Shown here one piece after another: positions 16,359 to 26,761 of a stretch of 64,000 nt of DNA. Position numbers and translations under genes: made by a program. Source of the stretch: an uncultured Chitinophagaceae bacterium (GTDB lineage Bacteria > Bacteroidota > Ignavibacteria > UBA10030 > UBA8401); the NCBI GenBank assembly GCA_964439265.1, contig CAYTOA010000001.1:133236-197235 (forward strand), in the 5' to 3' direction. The notes beneath the pieces were generated by a model, which did no database searches, had not been told where the DNA came from, and saw only the letters and a list, made by a program, of their open reading frames with translations. The first letter of the stretch is position 1. Each line of letters opens with the position of its first letter.

Positions 16359-17900
16359 CTAATGCTTGAAATGACGGATACCGGTAAAGACCATCGCGAT
16401 GTTGTTCTCATTCGCTGCCTTAATCACCTCGTTATCGCGGACGGAGCCGCCCGGTTGAATCACCGCCGTCGCCCCGGCCTTGACAGCCTCGATCAGCCCG
16501 TCCGCGAAGGGGAAATACGCGTCCGACGCGACAACCGTATTCGCCAGTGACAGCCCCGCATCCTGCGCTTTGCGCACCGCTAGTTTGGACGAGTCCACTC
16601 TCGACATTTGGCCCGCCCCGATGCCGACCGTGGAATCCTTGAGAGCATACACGATAGCGTTGGACTTCACATGCTTGGCGATTTTCCATGCGAAGATCAT
16701 GGCGTCCATTTCATCGTCCGTCGGCTTTCGCTCTGTGACAACCTTGAGGTCTTCACGCGTGATGCGGGCAGTATCAGGGGCCTGGACGAGAAGTCCGCAC
16801 GTAACCTTGCGAATATCCAATTCGATGACAGACCTGACGTCGCCGGTTTGCTGGATTAGGCGCCGATCTTTTTTCTTCATCAGGAATTCGAGTACCTCCG
16901 GAGGAAAAGAAGGCGCGATGATGATTTCGGTAAAAATCTGATTGATTAATTCAGCGGCTGCCATATCCAGAGGACGATTGACGGCCACGATGCCGCCGAA
17001 CGCCGACTTCGCATCTGTTGCGATCGCGCGCTGGTATGCTTCTGCGATCGTTGATCCCTGTCCTGCACCGCACGGGTTTGTGTGTTTAATAATGACCGCC
17101 GTCGGTTCCGCAAATTCTGAAAGCAAGTTTACGGCAGCTGTGGTGTCGATAATATTGTTATACGACATCTCCTTGCCGTGCAGCTTTTTGAAACAGTGTT
17201 CAAAATCCCCATACAACGCTGCACGCTGATGAGGATTCTCCCCGTAGCGAAGATCGAAAATCTTCTCAAGCGAGATAGTAAAGATCTCAGGGAAGTATTG
17301 CTGTTCCTCCGTTTTCTGCTGGAGGTACTGGGCGATAACCGCATCATAATGCGCCGTATGCTGGAAGGCCTCCTTCGCGAGTCTGAAACACGTTTCTTCG
17401 CTTACCGAACCGTTACGCTCGCGCAATTCCTGTGCCAGGGCGGAATATTTCTTAGGACTGACGACAACACAGGAGAATCGATAATTCTTCGCGGCCGAGC
17501 GGATCATCGCCGGGCCGCCGATGTCAATTTGCTCGATCGCCTCTTCCGTTGTCACGCCGCTCTTCTCGATCGTTTCTTTGAACGGGTATAAGTTTACGAC
17601 AACAAGATCAATGGACTGGATATGAAGGTCGTCGAGCTGTTTTCTGTGGACGGGATTGTCAAGTACCGCAAGCAGCGCTGCATGGACCGCAGGGTGCAGC
17701 GTTTTCACTCTGCCGTCGAGTATCTCAGGAAAACCGGTAATCTCCGAAACTTGTTTTACGGGGATATTCGAGGCAGAGAGGAGGGCATGTGTTCCCCCTG
17801 TCGAAATCAACTCCACACCAAGGCGATGGAGTTCTGCGGCAAGCTCGACTATTCCTTCTTTGTTGGAAACGCTGAGAAGCGCCCGGCGGATCTTTAACAA
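16359..17900 (-). CDS. purH: Bifunctional AICAR transformylase / IMP cyclohydrolase
   Basis: 513 aa with RALLSVSNKEG, STGGT, KTLHP and the C-terminal GIRHFKH. The start codon appears to be TTG. Confidence 0.95.
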   Translation of the reverse strand: MLKIRRALLSVSNKEGIVELAAELHRLGVELISTGGTHALLSASNIPVKQVSEITGFPEILDGRVKTLHPAVHAALLAVLDNPVHRKQLDDLHIQSIDLVVVNLYPFKETIEKSGVTTEEAIEQIDIGGPAMIRSAAKNYRFSCVVVSPKKYSALAQELRERNGSVSEETCFRLAKEAFQHTAHYDAVIAQYLQQKTEEQQYFPEIFTISLEKIFDLRYGENPHQRAALYGDFEHCFKKLHGKEMSYNNIIDTTAAVNLLSEFAEPTAVIIKHTNPCGAGQGSTIAEAYQRAIATDAKSAFGGIVAVNRPLDMAAAELINQIFTEIIIAPSFPPEVLEFLMKKKDRRLIQQTGDVRSVIELDIRKVTCGLLVQAPDTARITREDLKVVTERKPTDDEMDAMIFAWKIAKHVKSNAIVYALKDSTVGIGAGQMSRVDSSKLAVRKAQDAGLSLANTVVASDAYFPFADGLIEAVKAGATAVIQPGGSVRDNEVIKAANENNIAMVFTGIRHFKH

Positions 17901-17921
17901 TGAATTCCTCTCGGTCTGTGG

Positions 17922-18542
17922 TCAGTCGTGAATGTGAACATTGCCGTCTTCGACGGTGATTTTCTTGCAGGCGAACAGTTCAACGGCACGCGGAAGCAGC
18001 CGGTGTTCAATACGCAGCACCTTCGCGGCGAGTATTTCAGGAGTATCGTTTGGGTCTACCGGTATCGATTCTTGAAGCACGATGGAACCGTGGTCAAAGT
18101 CGTTGTCGACGATGTGCACGGTTGCGCCGGAGACTGATTCGTGCTGTGCGATCACCGCTTCGTGGACGTGATGGCCGAACATACCCTGTCCGCCAAAAGC
18201 CGGCAGCAGCGCCGGGTGCACGTTGATGATTCTATTTCGGTATCGAAGGACGACGGCCGGATCGATTTTTTTCATGTACCCGGCAAGAACGATAAAATCT
18301 GCGCCGTGCGACTCGAGCGCTGAAAGAATCGCTTGTGTGAATGCATCCTTCGAAGGAAAGTGCTTCTGGCTGAGATGAAGTGCCGGGATATGAAACGATC
18401 GAGCGAGGGCCAACGCACCCGCGTCAGAATTGTTGCTGATCACAACAACAATCTTTGCATCGATATTTCTTTTTGAAATAGCTTCGGTTAACGCTTGAAA
18501 ATTCGAACCGCGTCCCGAAGCAAACACCGCAATTGATAACAA
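17922..18542 (-). CDS. purN: Phosphoribosylglycinamide formyltransferase
   Basis: 206 aa with ASGRGSNFQAL, LAGYMK, NVHPALLP and HIVDNDFDHG motifs. TTG start. Confidence 0.93.
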   Translation of the reverse strand: MLSIAVFASGRGSNFQALTEAISKRNIDAKIVVVISNNSDAGALALARSFHIPALHLSQKHFPSKDAFTQAILSALESHGADFIVLAGYMKKIDPAVVLRYRNRIINVHPALLPAFGGQGMFGHHVHEAVIAQHESVSGATVHIVDNDFDHGSIVLQESIPVDPNDTPEILAAKVLRIEHRLLPRAVELFACKKITVEDGNVHIHD

Positions 18543-18695
18543 TGGGAGCTATCCGCGCCTATAAATTTCACTGTGAATGTAATCATTAATGATTTATTTG
18601 TCAATGATTACCGGCGTCAAAGATGCATTGCCGCATCTTTCTTCTCTTGCAGTCTGTGAGCCCGATCGGCATCCGCACGGCTCCCGAACGGGGTA

Positions 18696-19250
18696 CTATT
18701 TCGCTATCCCGATAACGCCGCATGCCAAGCGCGCTCCCGCGGCTCCGGTCGGCTGCGTCTTGAGGTCGTCTTCCTTTTCATGGACGATCACCCCCCTGCC
18801 AATGATTGAGTTCTTCCCTGAGAACGAGATCATCGAATCGACGTAGTCAAGATGGGCCTTTCCCTCCTTGTCTGCCTCGATATTGCCGAGATCGCCGGCA
18901 TGACGCTCTTTGCTCGACGGCCCGCTATGAAGCATCTTCGCAGGGTTAAAATGTCCGCCTGCTGAACTTCCGTCTTCCGAACTGCAATCTCCGAATTCGT
19001 GTATGTGAAATCCATGTTTACCAGGCGTCAATCCGGTCAGGTCCGCTACCACGCGGATACCTTCCGCTACAGCCTCAAACCTCACGATTCCCGATACCGT
19101 ATTACCCTTTGTTGGAGTGAGGACCGCGACGGCCCTGGCGATCGTGCTGTCCCCCATCGCAGGGTGATTCATCTGTGCAATTGAAGTTTCGAAACATAAT
19201 CCAAGTACGGACAGCACAACTGTGGCCAAGACAACCTTTAGTGTATGCAT
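18696..19250 (-). CDS. sodC: Periplasmic Cu/Zn superoxide dismutase
   Basis: Signal peptide, [25 protein letters not shown] and ACGVI motifs. AAGGAG lies upstream of the ATG. Confidence 0.93.
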   Translation of the reverse strand: MHTLKVVLATVVLSVLGLCFETSIAQMNHPAMGDSTIARAVAVLTPTKGNTVSGIVRFEAVAEGIRVVADLTGLTPGKHGFHIHEFGDCSSEDGSSAGGHFNPAKMLHSGPSSKERHAGDLGNIEADKEGKAHLDYVDSMISFSGKNSIIGRGVIVHEKEDDLKTQPTGAAGARLACGVIGIAK

Positions 19251-19508
19251 AATTCTCCTTGTTGTTGGACGAAAGATCTCTCGGCGGATTAAAAGCGGAT
19301 CTCTTCCGCGTATCGCGCCGAATAATAAAGAATGTGATTCATGATCTTCATTTTGTAATTGATTGTTGCGTATCGATTAACCGGCATTTCCAAGGAGGGA
19401 TGAGTGGAGCTTTCTTTCAGGCTTCAGGAAAGACTAAGAAAATAAATATTGACATGCAAAATGCTTCAACATCTCACGCGACAAAACTCTTATGGTCCCG
19501 GCGTGCAC

Positions 19509-20453
19509 TTACGTCACGACGGCCGCCTCATCAAACGATAGGGAGCAATGTCCAGCTTCCACTGTTGCCCTGATTCCAATTGGCATGGTAAGCTTCCGCG
19601 CAACGTGTCCGTAGACGAGCCCTGTTAAGATTGGCTTCGAGAGTAGGGAGAGATGGTCGGCAATTATCTCATCCACGGTGAGGTGCGGTTTTGAGGCGTC
19701 GTGTGGTTTGATGTCGGTCAACTCCCCCACAATGATGCCTTTCGTGTCTCTGAATATTCCTGCCAGAGCCATTTGGTTCATCATCCGGTCAAACCGGTAG
19801 CACTCTTCTTCGATCTCTTCAAAGAACAAAATAGAATTTTTGAACGAAGGCAGATAGGGTGTTCCGGCAATTGAAGTAATAAGCGACAAGTTGCCGCCGA
19901 TCAACAGGCCTGTTGCTTTTCCCTTTCCGATCGCTTTGAGATGACGCGAGTCAGGATTCCGGACACCGCCCATTTTTTTAGTGGACGTGATCATTTTCCA
20001 AAAATGCTCTTCTGTAAAAGGGTCGATTCCTTTGAACATTTCAACTCCCACCATCGGCCCAGAAAAAGAGACCAAACCGGTGTTCTTGTAAAGCGCCAGT
20101 TGCAATGCAGTAAGGTCGCTGTAACCTACAAAGATTTTCGGATTGCGTTTGACGAGTTGATAATTGATCAGCGGAAGTAACCGGGGCGTTCCGTAACCTC
20201 CTCTCACGGCGATAATCGCCCGCACTTCTTTATCCGCGAACATTTCGTTCATGTCCGTCGCGCGCTGCTGGTCGGTGCCCGCCAGATAGCCGCGAACGGC
20301 GCGGACATGTTTTCCGAACTTGACGCGATACCCGAGACGCTCGAGGTATTCCGCTCCTTTTTCGATTCTATCGGGAGTCGAAGGTGGACTTGAGGGCGAA
20401 ATCACGCCGATAACGTCTCCTCGCCTGAGCGCTGTGGGTTTGACTGGCTTCAT
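19509..20453 (-). CDS. LD-carboxypeptidase (peptidase S66, muramoyltetrapeptide carboxypeptidase-like)
   Basis: 314 aa with GVISPSSP, RGGYG, FVGYSDLTAL (nucleophile Ser) and a C-terminal GH. Confidence 0.85.
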   Translation of the reverse strand: MKPVKPTALRRGDVIGVISPSSPPSTPDRIEKGAEYLERLGYRVKFGKHVRAVRGYLAGTDQQRATDMNEMFADKEVRAIIAVRGGYGTPRLLPLINYQLVKRNPKIFVGYSDLTALQLALYKNTGLVSFSGPMVGVEMFKGIDPFTEEHFWKMITSTKKMGGVRNPDSRHLKAIGKGKATGLLIGGNLSLITSIAGTPYLPSFKNSILFFEEIEEECYRFDRMMNQMALAGIFRDTKGIIVGELTDIKPHDASKPHLTVDEIIADHLSLLSKPILTGLVYGHVARKLTMPIGIRATVEAGHCSLSFDEAAVVT

Positions 20454-20489
20454 AATGCTATTCGTACTGATATTTTTCTCTGACGTCGA

Positions 20490-21347
20490 CTAGTTGGCGG
20501 ACACCATGTTCTGTATGATTGAAAAATCATACCCGACGACCAGCTCGGCACCTTTTGAATTGTCCGAAGGCGCAAACGATAGAACGCCGAGAAGTTTCCA
20601 TGAAAGGCCCGCGACAGTCGTTTTCACACCGGCATCTCCATTTGCGAGCCGGTAGACTCCCGGACCCTGATGTCCTGTTCTCCCCGCGGTTTCAAGGATG
20701 AAAGTACTCTTATCTCCTATTGGGACGTAACTGCCGAACGCATAAATAAGCACATCATGTTGATCGCTCAGCCTTGCGGGGTTCCCGAGAATTCCGAGGC
20801 CGACATTCGCGACCCATCGAATCCCGGCTATATGTTTCTCCAGCAAAAAAGATGAGTAGGAATCGAACTCATCGACGCCGAGACCCGATTCGTTCCCCGC
20901 GTTCGGGAGTTGAACTCCGAAACGAATCGAAACTGTTGTAAAAAAATGGTACTCAGAGATCAACCGAAACTTCGTCCAGAGTGTGAAATCGCCGATGTCT
21001 CCAGTGACCGAGTTCGTTGTCGTTACCGCGCTGTTGAATGCTTCATGCCTGCTTTTAACATCCAGGAGGTCGAGTAGTGTGCCGTCAAATTGAAGTTCAA
21101 CATTATTGTCGTATGAGAAACCGAATCGGAGGTTGCCCAGCTTCGATAAGGTACCTTCCAGGCCGGAAAGCGGAAAGCTCTGATCGGCAAACCTTCCGAA
21201 CCCAATCTCGGCGTGTGCAGCGCCTGCGGATAGGATTTCGGGTGTCTCAGCTGGAACAGGGTATTGCTGGGAGATGAGGAATGTTGGAAAAGAGATGAAG
21301 GAACACAATGCGATGCTGACTCTGTGGAAAGAAGAGAAGGCTGGCAT
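20490..21347 (-). CDS. Hypothetical secreted / outer-membrane beta-barrel-like protein
   Basis: 285 aa with an N-terminal hydrophobic signal and alternating hydrophobic beta-strand patterns (FGFSYDNNVELQFDG, GVKTTVAGLSWKLLGVLSF). I cannot recognise a family with confidence. Confidence 0.55.
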   Translation of the reverse strand: MPAFSSFHRVSIALCSFISFPTFLISQQYPVPAETPEILSAGAAHAEIGFGRFADQSFPLSGLEGTLSKLGNLRFGFSYDNNVELQFDGTLLDLLDVKSRHEAFNSAVTTTNSVTGDIGDFTLWTKFRLISEYHFFTTVSIRFGVQLPNAGNESGLGVDEFDSYSSFLLEKHIAGIRWVANVGLGILGNPARLSDQHDVLIYAFGSYVPIGDKSTFILETAGRTGHQGPGVYRLANGDAGVKTTVAGLSWKLLGVLSFAPSDNSKGAELVVGYDFSIIQNMVSAN

Positions 21348-21386
21348 TCAGTAAATGATTGATTGTGGCCTAATTCCAGGGATTTG

Positions 21387-22664
21387 TCATGAGGCAGCCG
21401 CCACGGACGATTCTCTTGCGGCCGGCGTCTTTGAGACGCGTTTCTCAAACTCATCCCGAAACCGTCGGATCATACTTTGCACCGGCCACGCGGCGGCATC
21501 GCCAAGAGCGCATATGGTATTGCCCTCTATATTATTGGCAATGTCCATGAGCAAGTCGATATCAGAGACGTGTGCGTCTCCTGATTCGAAGCGCTTCAAT
21601 ATCTTCCAAAGCCAGCCGGTTCCTTCGCGGCACGGCGTGCACTGTCCGCATGACTCGTGATAATAAAATTTTGAAATACGAGTAATAACGCGAATCAGGT
21701 CCGTGTCTTCATCCATTACGATCATGCCTGCCGTCCCGACGGACGAGCCTGCGGCTTTCAGAGAATCGGCGTCCATCCGGACTCCTTCGATCGATTCCCC
21801 GCGGAGAATCATTGTCGACGAGCCGCCGGGGATTACCGCCTTAATCTTTTTATCGTTCGGAATTCCGCCGGCATACCGGTAGATCAAATCTGTCAGCAGC
21901 TCGCCGGTTGCAACTTCATACACCCCCGGCTTGTTGACATGCCCGCTGATGCCGACGAGAATTGGCCCCGGGTGTTTTGGCGTGCCGATCTTGGAATACC
22001 ATTCCCAGCCCTTGTTGATGATGAGCGGTGCGTTGCAAATAGTCTCGACATTATTGATCGTCGTTGGGCAGCCCCAGACGCCGTTCTGTGCAGGGAAGGG
22101 GGGTTTCACTCTTGGATATCCTCGCTGCCCTTCGAGCGAATTCATGAGCGCGGATTCTTCTCCGCAGATATATGCACCGGCGCCTTTGTGTAGGACGATG
22201 TTTGTGGAAAATCCGGAAGACAGAATATTCTGTCCGACGTACCCTTTTGCATAGGCATCATCGAGCGCCTTCTGAAGCATCTTCACCCACTTGCCGTACT
22301 CTCCGCGTATGTATATGTATGCCGTCGTAATTCCCATCGCGTAGCATGCAATCACCGTTCCCTCGATGAGCATGTGCGGGTTGAGTTCGAAGATCTGTCG
22401 GTCTTTGAACGTCCCCGGTTCCGATTCATCGCCGTTAACGCATAAGTACTTCGCCTTGGTTGTCTGCTTCGGCATGAAGGTCCATTTCAATCCTGTAGGA
22501 AAGCAAGCGCCTCCCCGTCCGCGAAGATTCGACTTTTTCACTTCGTCCGTGACTTCTTCCGGTTTCATCCCGAGGGCTTTTTTCAGCGCACCGTATCCGC
22601 CGTGCTCCTCGTACACTTCGAGCGTATGATAATTTGGAATTTCAGGGAGGATGTATCGTTCCAT
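21387..22664 (-). CDS. nuoF: NADH-quinone oxidoreductase subunit F
   Basis: 425 aa with GRGGACFPTG, the FMN/NADH site GAGAYICGEESAL, and the 4Fe-4S ligands ESCGQCTPCREG. Confidence 0.95.
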   Translation of the reverse strand: MERYILPEIPNYHTLEVYEEHGGYGALKKALGMKPEEVTDEVKKSNLRGRGGACFPTGLKWTFMPKQTTKAKYLCVNGDESEPGTFKDRQIFELNPHMLIEGTVIACYAMGITTAYIYIRGEYGKWVKMLQKALDDAYAKGYVGQNILSSGFSTNIVLHKGAGAYICGEESALMNSLEGQRGYPRVKPPFPAQNGVWGCPTTINNVETICNAPLIINKGWEWYSKIGTPKHPGPILVGISGHVNKPGVYEVATGELLTDLIYRYAGGIPNDKKIKAVIPGGSSTMILRGESIEGVRMDADSLKAAGSSVGTAGMIVMDEDTDLIRVITRISKFYYHESCGQCTPCREGTGWLWKILKRFESGDAHVSDIDLLMDIANNIEGNTICALGDAAAWPVQSMIRRFRDEFEKRVSKTPAARESSVAAAS

Positions 22665-22711
22665 GTGCAGTCAGTTTGAACCACGTCAGGGTCGGTACCC
22701 TTGACATGCGT

Positions 22712-23176
22712 TTATTCTAAGGATGATAGGATCTCTTCGGTTTTTTTCGGCGTCAAATTTTCGTAATACTCTTCACCGATCGCTAACATTGGCGCGCCGC
22801 CGCATGCACCCATACATTCGACCTCGCTGACAGTCCATTTGCCGTCGGCAGAAGTCTCTCCAGGTTTTGCACCGCATCGATGTTCGATCGTCTCCAAAAT
22901 CTTATCAGACCCGCGAAGCATGCACGAAATGTTTGTACACACTTCAATATGATACCTGCCTAGCTTCTTGGAGTTGTACATTGAATAGAACGTCACTACG
23001 CCGAGGACATGTCCGTACGGAAGGTCCAATAGCTTGCCGACGTACCGCATCATCTCTTCGGAAATCCAGCCTTCCTGTTCCTGAGCAATCCAGAGGATGG
23101 GCAAGAGGGCAGCCTGGGATGCAGGGTATCGTGTCCTGATCTCTTCGGCTTTTTTTAGACTTTCTTCAGTCAGCAT
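22712..23176 (-). CDS. nuoE: NADH-quinone oxidoreductase subunit E
   Basis: 154 aa with the 2Fe-2S motifs CTNISC...CMGACGGAP. Confidence 0.93.
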   Translation of the reverse strand: MLTEESLKKAEEIRTRYPASQAALLPILWIAQEQEGWISEEMMRYVGKLLDLPYGHVLGVVTFYSMYNSKKLGRYHIEVCTNISCMLRGSDKILETIEHRCGAKPGETSADGKWTVSEVECMGACGGAPMLAIGEEYYENLTPKKTEEILSSLE

Positions 23177-23269
23177 AACGGAAGCGTTAGGTATTAGCTT
23201 TTTGCTTTTAGTAGGACTTCAGATCGAAATTCTTTACCAATAACTAATGGCCAAAGGCCAACGGCTTTT

Positions 23270-24526
23270 TTACTTGTCGGCCTCTCCCATCACGGGATCA
23301 ATACTGCCGATAATCGCGACGACATCAGAGATCATTCTGCCCTTGAGGAGCAACGGGAGCAGCTGCAAATTCATGAATGAAGGGGAGCGTATCTTTAATC
23401 GCCATGGATGTCCTTCACCCCTGCTTTGAATATAGAAGCCGAGCTCCCCTTTGGAGCCTTCAATCGCATGATACACTTCGCCCGCCGGAGGATTGACGCC
23501 GAAGTTGATGATCATGAAATCGTGGATCAACTCTTCCATCTTCGTGTAAACACGTTCTTTTTGGGGGAGAACTTTTTTCGGCTCGAATGCTTGAACCGGT
23601 CCCGAAGGAATCTTGTCGAGCGCTTGCTGAACGATCCGCAAGCTCTCTTTCATTTCGTTGATTCGTACATAATAGCGGGCAAGGCAGTCGCCGTCGGGAA
23701 TGACAGGGATTTCAAAATCAAGTTCATCGTACACCAGATACGGGTTGGATCGGCGCAGGTCATGTTCAACGCCGGAGCCGCGCAAATTCGGCCCCGAAAA
23801 TCCCATTGCGATCGCCTGCTCGCGGGTGATGACCCCTACGCCGTCAGTGCGCTCGACGAAGATCCTGTTTCGATTGAGCAGGCTTTCGCATTCGGCCAGA
23901 TTTGCCGGAAAACGGTTGACAAAATCCTGGATCGATTTTCTTGTATCGTCCGTCATATCCTGTGAGATCCCGCCGATGCGCGTATAGCTCGTAGTAAATC
24001 GGGCGCCCGTCAGATCCTCGAAGATATCGTACAATTTTTCCCGCTCGCGGAATGTCCACATGAAGACCGTTACCGCTCCGATATCCAGCCCGAGTGCTCC
24101 CACAGCCAGAAGGTGGGAAGAGATGCGGGCCAGCTCGGAAATGATGACGCGGATGAACTGTGCGCGTCGCGGCGCTTCAACACCCAATAATTTTTCGACC
24201 GCAAGGATGTACGCGGTGTTGTTCATCAGCGGCGAGATATAATCGAGCCTGTCGGTGTGTGGGATGAACTCGTGGTAGCTGCAATTTTCGGCAAGCTTTT
24301 CGTATCCCCGGTGCAGGTAGCCGAGTTCCGGAACCACCGCGGCAACGGTTTCTCCGTCCAGTTTTATGAGCAACCGTAACACACCGTGAGTCGCGGGGTG
24401 TTGCGGTCCCATATTGAGGATCATTTCATTCTCAAGCGGGTCGGTGAACTGGGCGCTTGTATCCTTATCCTCCAAGGCATGGAGGATCTTGCTCTTTTTC
24501 GGTTCTATTTCGTACGACGTGGTCAT
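23270..24526 (-). CDS. nuoD: NADH-quinone oxidoreductase subunit D
   Basis: LNMGPQHPATHGVLRL, HRGYEKL, and the C-terminal DVVAIIGSIDPVMGEADK. The ATG at 24526 is used; an in-frame GTG at 24541 is an alternative. Confidence 0.93.
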   Translation of the reverse strand: MTTSYEIEPKKSKILHALEDKDTSAQFTDPLENEMILNMGPQHPATHGVLRLLIKLDGETVAAVVPELGYLHRGYEKLAENCSYHEFIPHTDRLDYISPLMNNTAYILAVEKLLGVEAPRRAQFIRVIISELARISSHLLAVGALGLDIGAVTVFMWTFREREKLYDIFEDLTGARFTTSYTRIGGISQDMTDDTRKSIQDFVNRFPANLAECESLLNRNRIFVERTDGVGVITREQAIAMGFSGPNLRGSGVEHDLRRSNPYLVYDELDFEIPVIPDGDCLARYYVRINEMKESLRIVQQALDKIPSGPVQAFEPKKVLPQKERVYTKMEELIHDFMIINFGVNPPAGEVYHAIEGSKGELGFYIQSRGEGHPWRLKIRSPSFMNLQLLPLLLKGRMISDVVAIIGSIDPVMGEADK

Positions 24527-24548
24527 TGCTGGCTGCGGCACAATTGGA

Positions 24549-25031
24549 TCATTTTCTCGGCAAAGGAATTGAATCGGGGATGCCCATAAGAGGGAAATCT
24601 TTTCTCAATGGGAAGTATTCAAACTCTTCGGGCATATACATTCTGCGAAGGTCGCTGTTTCCGTCAAAGACGATGCCGAACATATCGTACGCCTCCCGCT
24701 CCGGCCAGGCGGCACCCGGCCAAACCGACGTCACGCTCGGCACATGAATGTCCGATTCGTCCGTAAAGATCTTGAGACGAAGGCGTTGTCTGTTCTTCAA
24801 AGAATAGAGATTATAGATGACCTCAAATCTGTTCTCGGGCGTGTATGCGTCGGCGCCGCAGAGATCGCTCAGATAGTCGAACTTGCACTCCTCATCATCT
24901 CGAAGGAAGGCACAAACAGCGACGATATCTTCCCTCTTTATATAGAGGGTTGTTTCGTCTCGAAATTCTTTGACGTCGATGAGACTGGAAAGAAATCTCG
25001 ATCTTATCTTCTCTGCAACGGGTATCGGCAT
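24549..25031 (-). CDS. nuoC: NADH-quinone oxidoreductase subunit C
   Basis: The conserved core is WPGAAWPEREAYDMFGIVFDG...DLRR. The track ORF extends to 25214, overlapping nuoB, but those 61 extra residues look non-protein-like. Start uncertain. Confidence 0.85.
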   Translation of the reverse strand: MPIPVAEKIRSRFLSSLIDVKEFRDETTLYIKREDIVAVCAFLRDDEECKFDYLSDLCGADAYTPENRFEVIYNLYSLKNRQRLRLKIFTDESDIHVPSVTSVWPGAAWPEREAYDMFGIVFDGNSDLRRMYMPEEFEYFPLRKDFPLMGIPDSIPLPRK

Positions 25032-25167
25032 ACCACCATGTGTGGATTGAGTTGTGACAATACGGAGATCAGGATGCTGGGGACTGGAGACTGGAGGCAG
25101 AGTCCATTTGTGTACAATTGGAGCATCATTCTGTTTCCAGTGTCCGGTCTCCTGTATCCCGATTCTC

Positions 25168-25698
25168 TTAAACACTGATCTGCAATAGCTGCTGTTCCCG
25201 GCGTTCTTCAGCAACGGTCATCGGAGTGCTTCTGCTCTCGCCTCGTCCGATTTTTTCCTGAATCATCATGATCGCGTTCAGCAGATTGTCCGGACGCGGC
25301 GGACAGCCGGCGACGTAGACGTCGACCGGTACAAACTGGTCGATGCCCTGGACGACGGAGTATGTTCGGTACATTCCCCCCGTTGAAGTGCAAACTCCCA
25401 TTGCGATGACCCATTTTGGATCGGGCATCTGGTCGTAAATTTTCCTTACCACTTTTGCCATTTTGTACGTCGTCGTTCCGGCGACGATCAGCAGGTCGCA
25501 TTGGCGCGGAGAGAAGCGCATAACCTCCGACCCGAACCGGGATGCATCGAATCGTGGATCGACCAACGCCATCATCTCGATTCCGCAGCAGGATATGCCG
25601 AGAGGCATTGGCCATACAGAATTCTTTCTGCACCAGTTGATCGCGGCATCAATCTTCGTGGTAATAAGACTGTCGCCCAATGCATGTTCTAATCCCAT
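25168..25698 (-). CDS. nuoB: NADH-quinone oxidoreductase subunit B
   Basis: [17 protein letters not shown], the CD pair in [11 protein letters not shown], and GCPPRP. The ATG at 25698 (MGLEHALG...) overlaps the nuoA stop by ~10 nt, and the longer track ORF lies inside nuoA. Confidence 0.92.
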   Translation of the reverse strand: MGLEHALGDSLITTKIDAAINWCRKNSVWPMPLGISCCGIEMMALVDPRFDASRFGSEVMRFSPRQCDLLIVAGTTTYKMAKVVRKIYDQMPDPKWVIAMGVCTSTGGMYRTYSVVQGIDQFVPVDVYVAGCPPRPDNLLNAIMMIQEKIGRGESRSTPMTVAEERREQQLLQISV

Positions 25699-26108
25699 TT
25701 CAGGGCACCCTTCCTCAAAATATAGAAATATCCTACCAAGAGCGTAGCAATAAATATGACCATTTCTATATATCCAAACAATCCAAGCGCTCGAAAGTTC
25801 ACCGCCCACGGATATAGGAAGATGACTTCGATATCAAAAAGGATAAAGAGAACAGCGACCATATAATATTTTACTGAAAAGCGTTCGCGCGCAGAGCGCA
25901 CGGGCTCCATTCCGCTTTCGTACGTCGAGGTCTTCTCATCGTTCGGCCTATGCGGTCCGAGCCACTGGTGTAATTTCAAAAGCACGATGCCGAGCAGCAG
26001 CCCGACGGCGAGCATTAATATAACAGGTATGTACGATCTCATCATGGGAGGAATGGCATCTGTATTCCGATTCATATCAAAATTATCAAAAAAATGAGCG
26101 AAAGTCAA
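25689..26108 (-). CDS. nuoA: NADH-quinone oxidoreductase subunit A
   Basis: 139 aa with 3 TM helices and YESGMEP and [12 protein letters not shown] motifs. The start is TTG at 26108 or an internal ATG. Confidence 0.9.
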   Translation of the reverse strand: MTFAHFFDNFDMNRNTDAIPPMMRSYIPVILMLAVGLLLGIVLLKLHQWLGPHRPNDEKTSTYESGMEPVRSARERFSVKYYMVAVLFILFDIEVIFLYPWAVNFRALGLFGYIEMVIFIATLLVGYFYILRKGALKWD

Positions 26109-26504
26109 TGAGTGCTTTTTTCATGGTGAGTCGTCTATGCGAACGGGTGTGGTTCTCGAGCTCTCGTGCAGCGTGTCTGCCAGGTGTTTTCATTTATAAT
26201 TTTTGTGTGAAGATCATGAAGAAACGAAACGGCGGACGCTTTGTCTTTGTCAGCATCCTCTATCGCAAATGTCGAGTTGATGAATTGAAATGGAGCGCAG
26301 GAGAGGACGGGAGGAATTTCCAATATTATCTTATGATGATCTTTTCGTAAAATATGCCTCTCACCTATATTCGTGAATTTTTATTTTAAACTCGTATCGT
26401 CATTGCCATAACGGCAATAAGTGGAAGCGGTCAATCCAGAGGAGGCGGCCGCATTATGATGTCAAGGTGTATTTTTTTGATCAATTTTTTTTCTCATTTT
26501 TTAC

Positions 26505-26533
26505 TTGACTTGTATTCCTTAACCGGCTATATT
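26505..26533 (+). promoter_or_regulatory. Sigma-70-type promoter candidate for nrdJ
   Basis: TTGACT (26505-26510), a 17-nt spacer, then TATATT (26528-26533). This leaves a ~220-nt leader before the ATG at 26762. Confidence 0.5.
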
Positions 26534-26761
26534 CACAACCAGTTAGCTATTGATTTCCCCCCGGCTATTGTTCATCCGAAAATAAGCTAGTTCATGATCC
26601 TGAGTTGCCGTTGAAATCGACGGCGGGGAGTTAATTTATTGGGCGGTAGGTGAGGGGTATCGGCCTCGTTTGGTTTTACGACAGGGGGGCTTACAGCGGT
26701 TTTTCCAAGAGACGCAAATCACCTTACATCGTTATTATTAAGCTAGGAGAGGAAGTTAGAA

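Noticed and set aside
16335-16361. tRNA T-arm-like string GTTCGAGTCCCGCCGGTC next to the purH stop (possible att-site remnant)
   Set aside because: There is no matching 5' T-stem, D-arm or anticodon arm upstream, and no integrase or repeat partner. It is most likely a chance resemblance.
26108-26350. 80-aa ORF and its antisense 62-aa ORF between nuoA and nrdJ
   Set aside because: There is no RBS, the products are Cys/Phe-rich with odd composition, and the ORFs lie in a divergent promoter region. They are probably non-coding.
26560-26761. Cobalamin riboswitch upstream of nrdJ
   Set aside because: I looked for the B12-box (AGYCMGGAGACCKGCC-like) and the GGTGAAAATCC-type core and found neither. 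In addition, B12 riboswitches normally repress B12-independent reductases, not the B12-dependent NrdJ.
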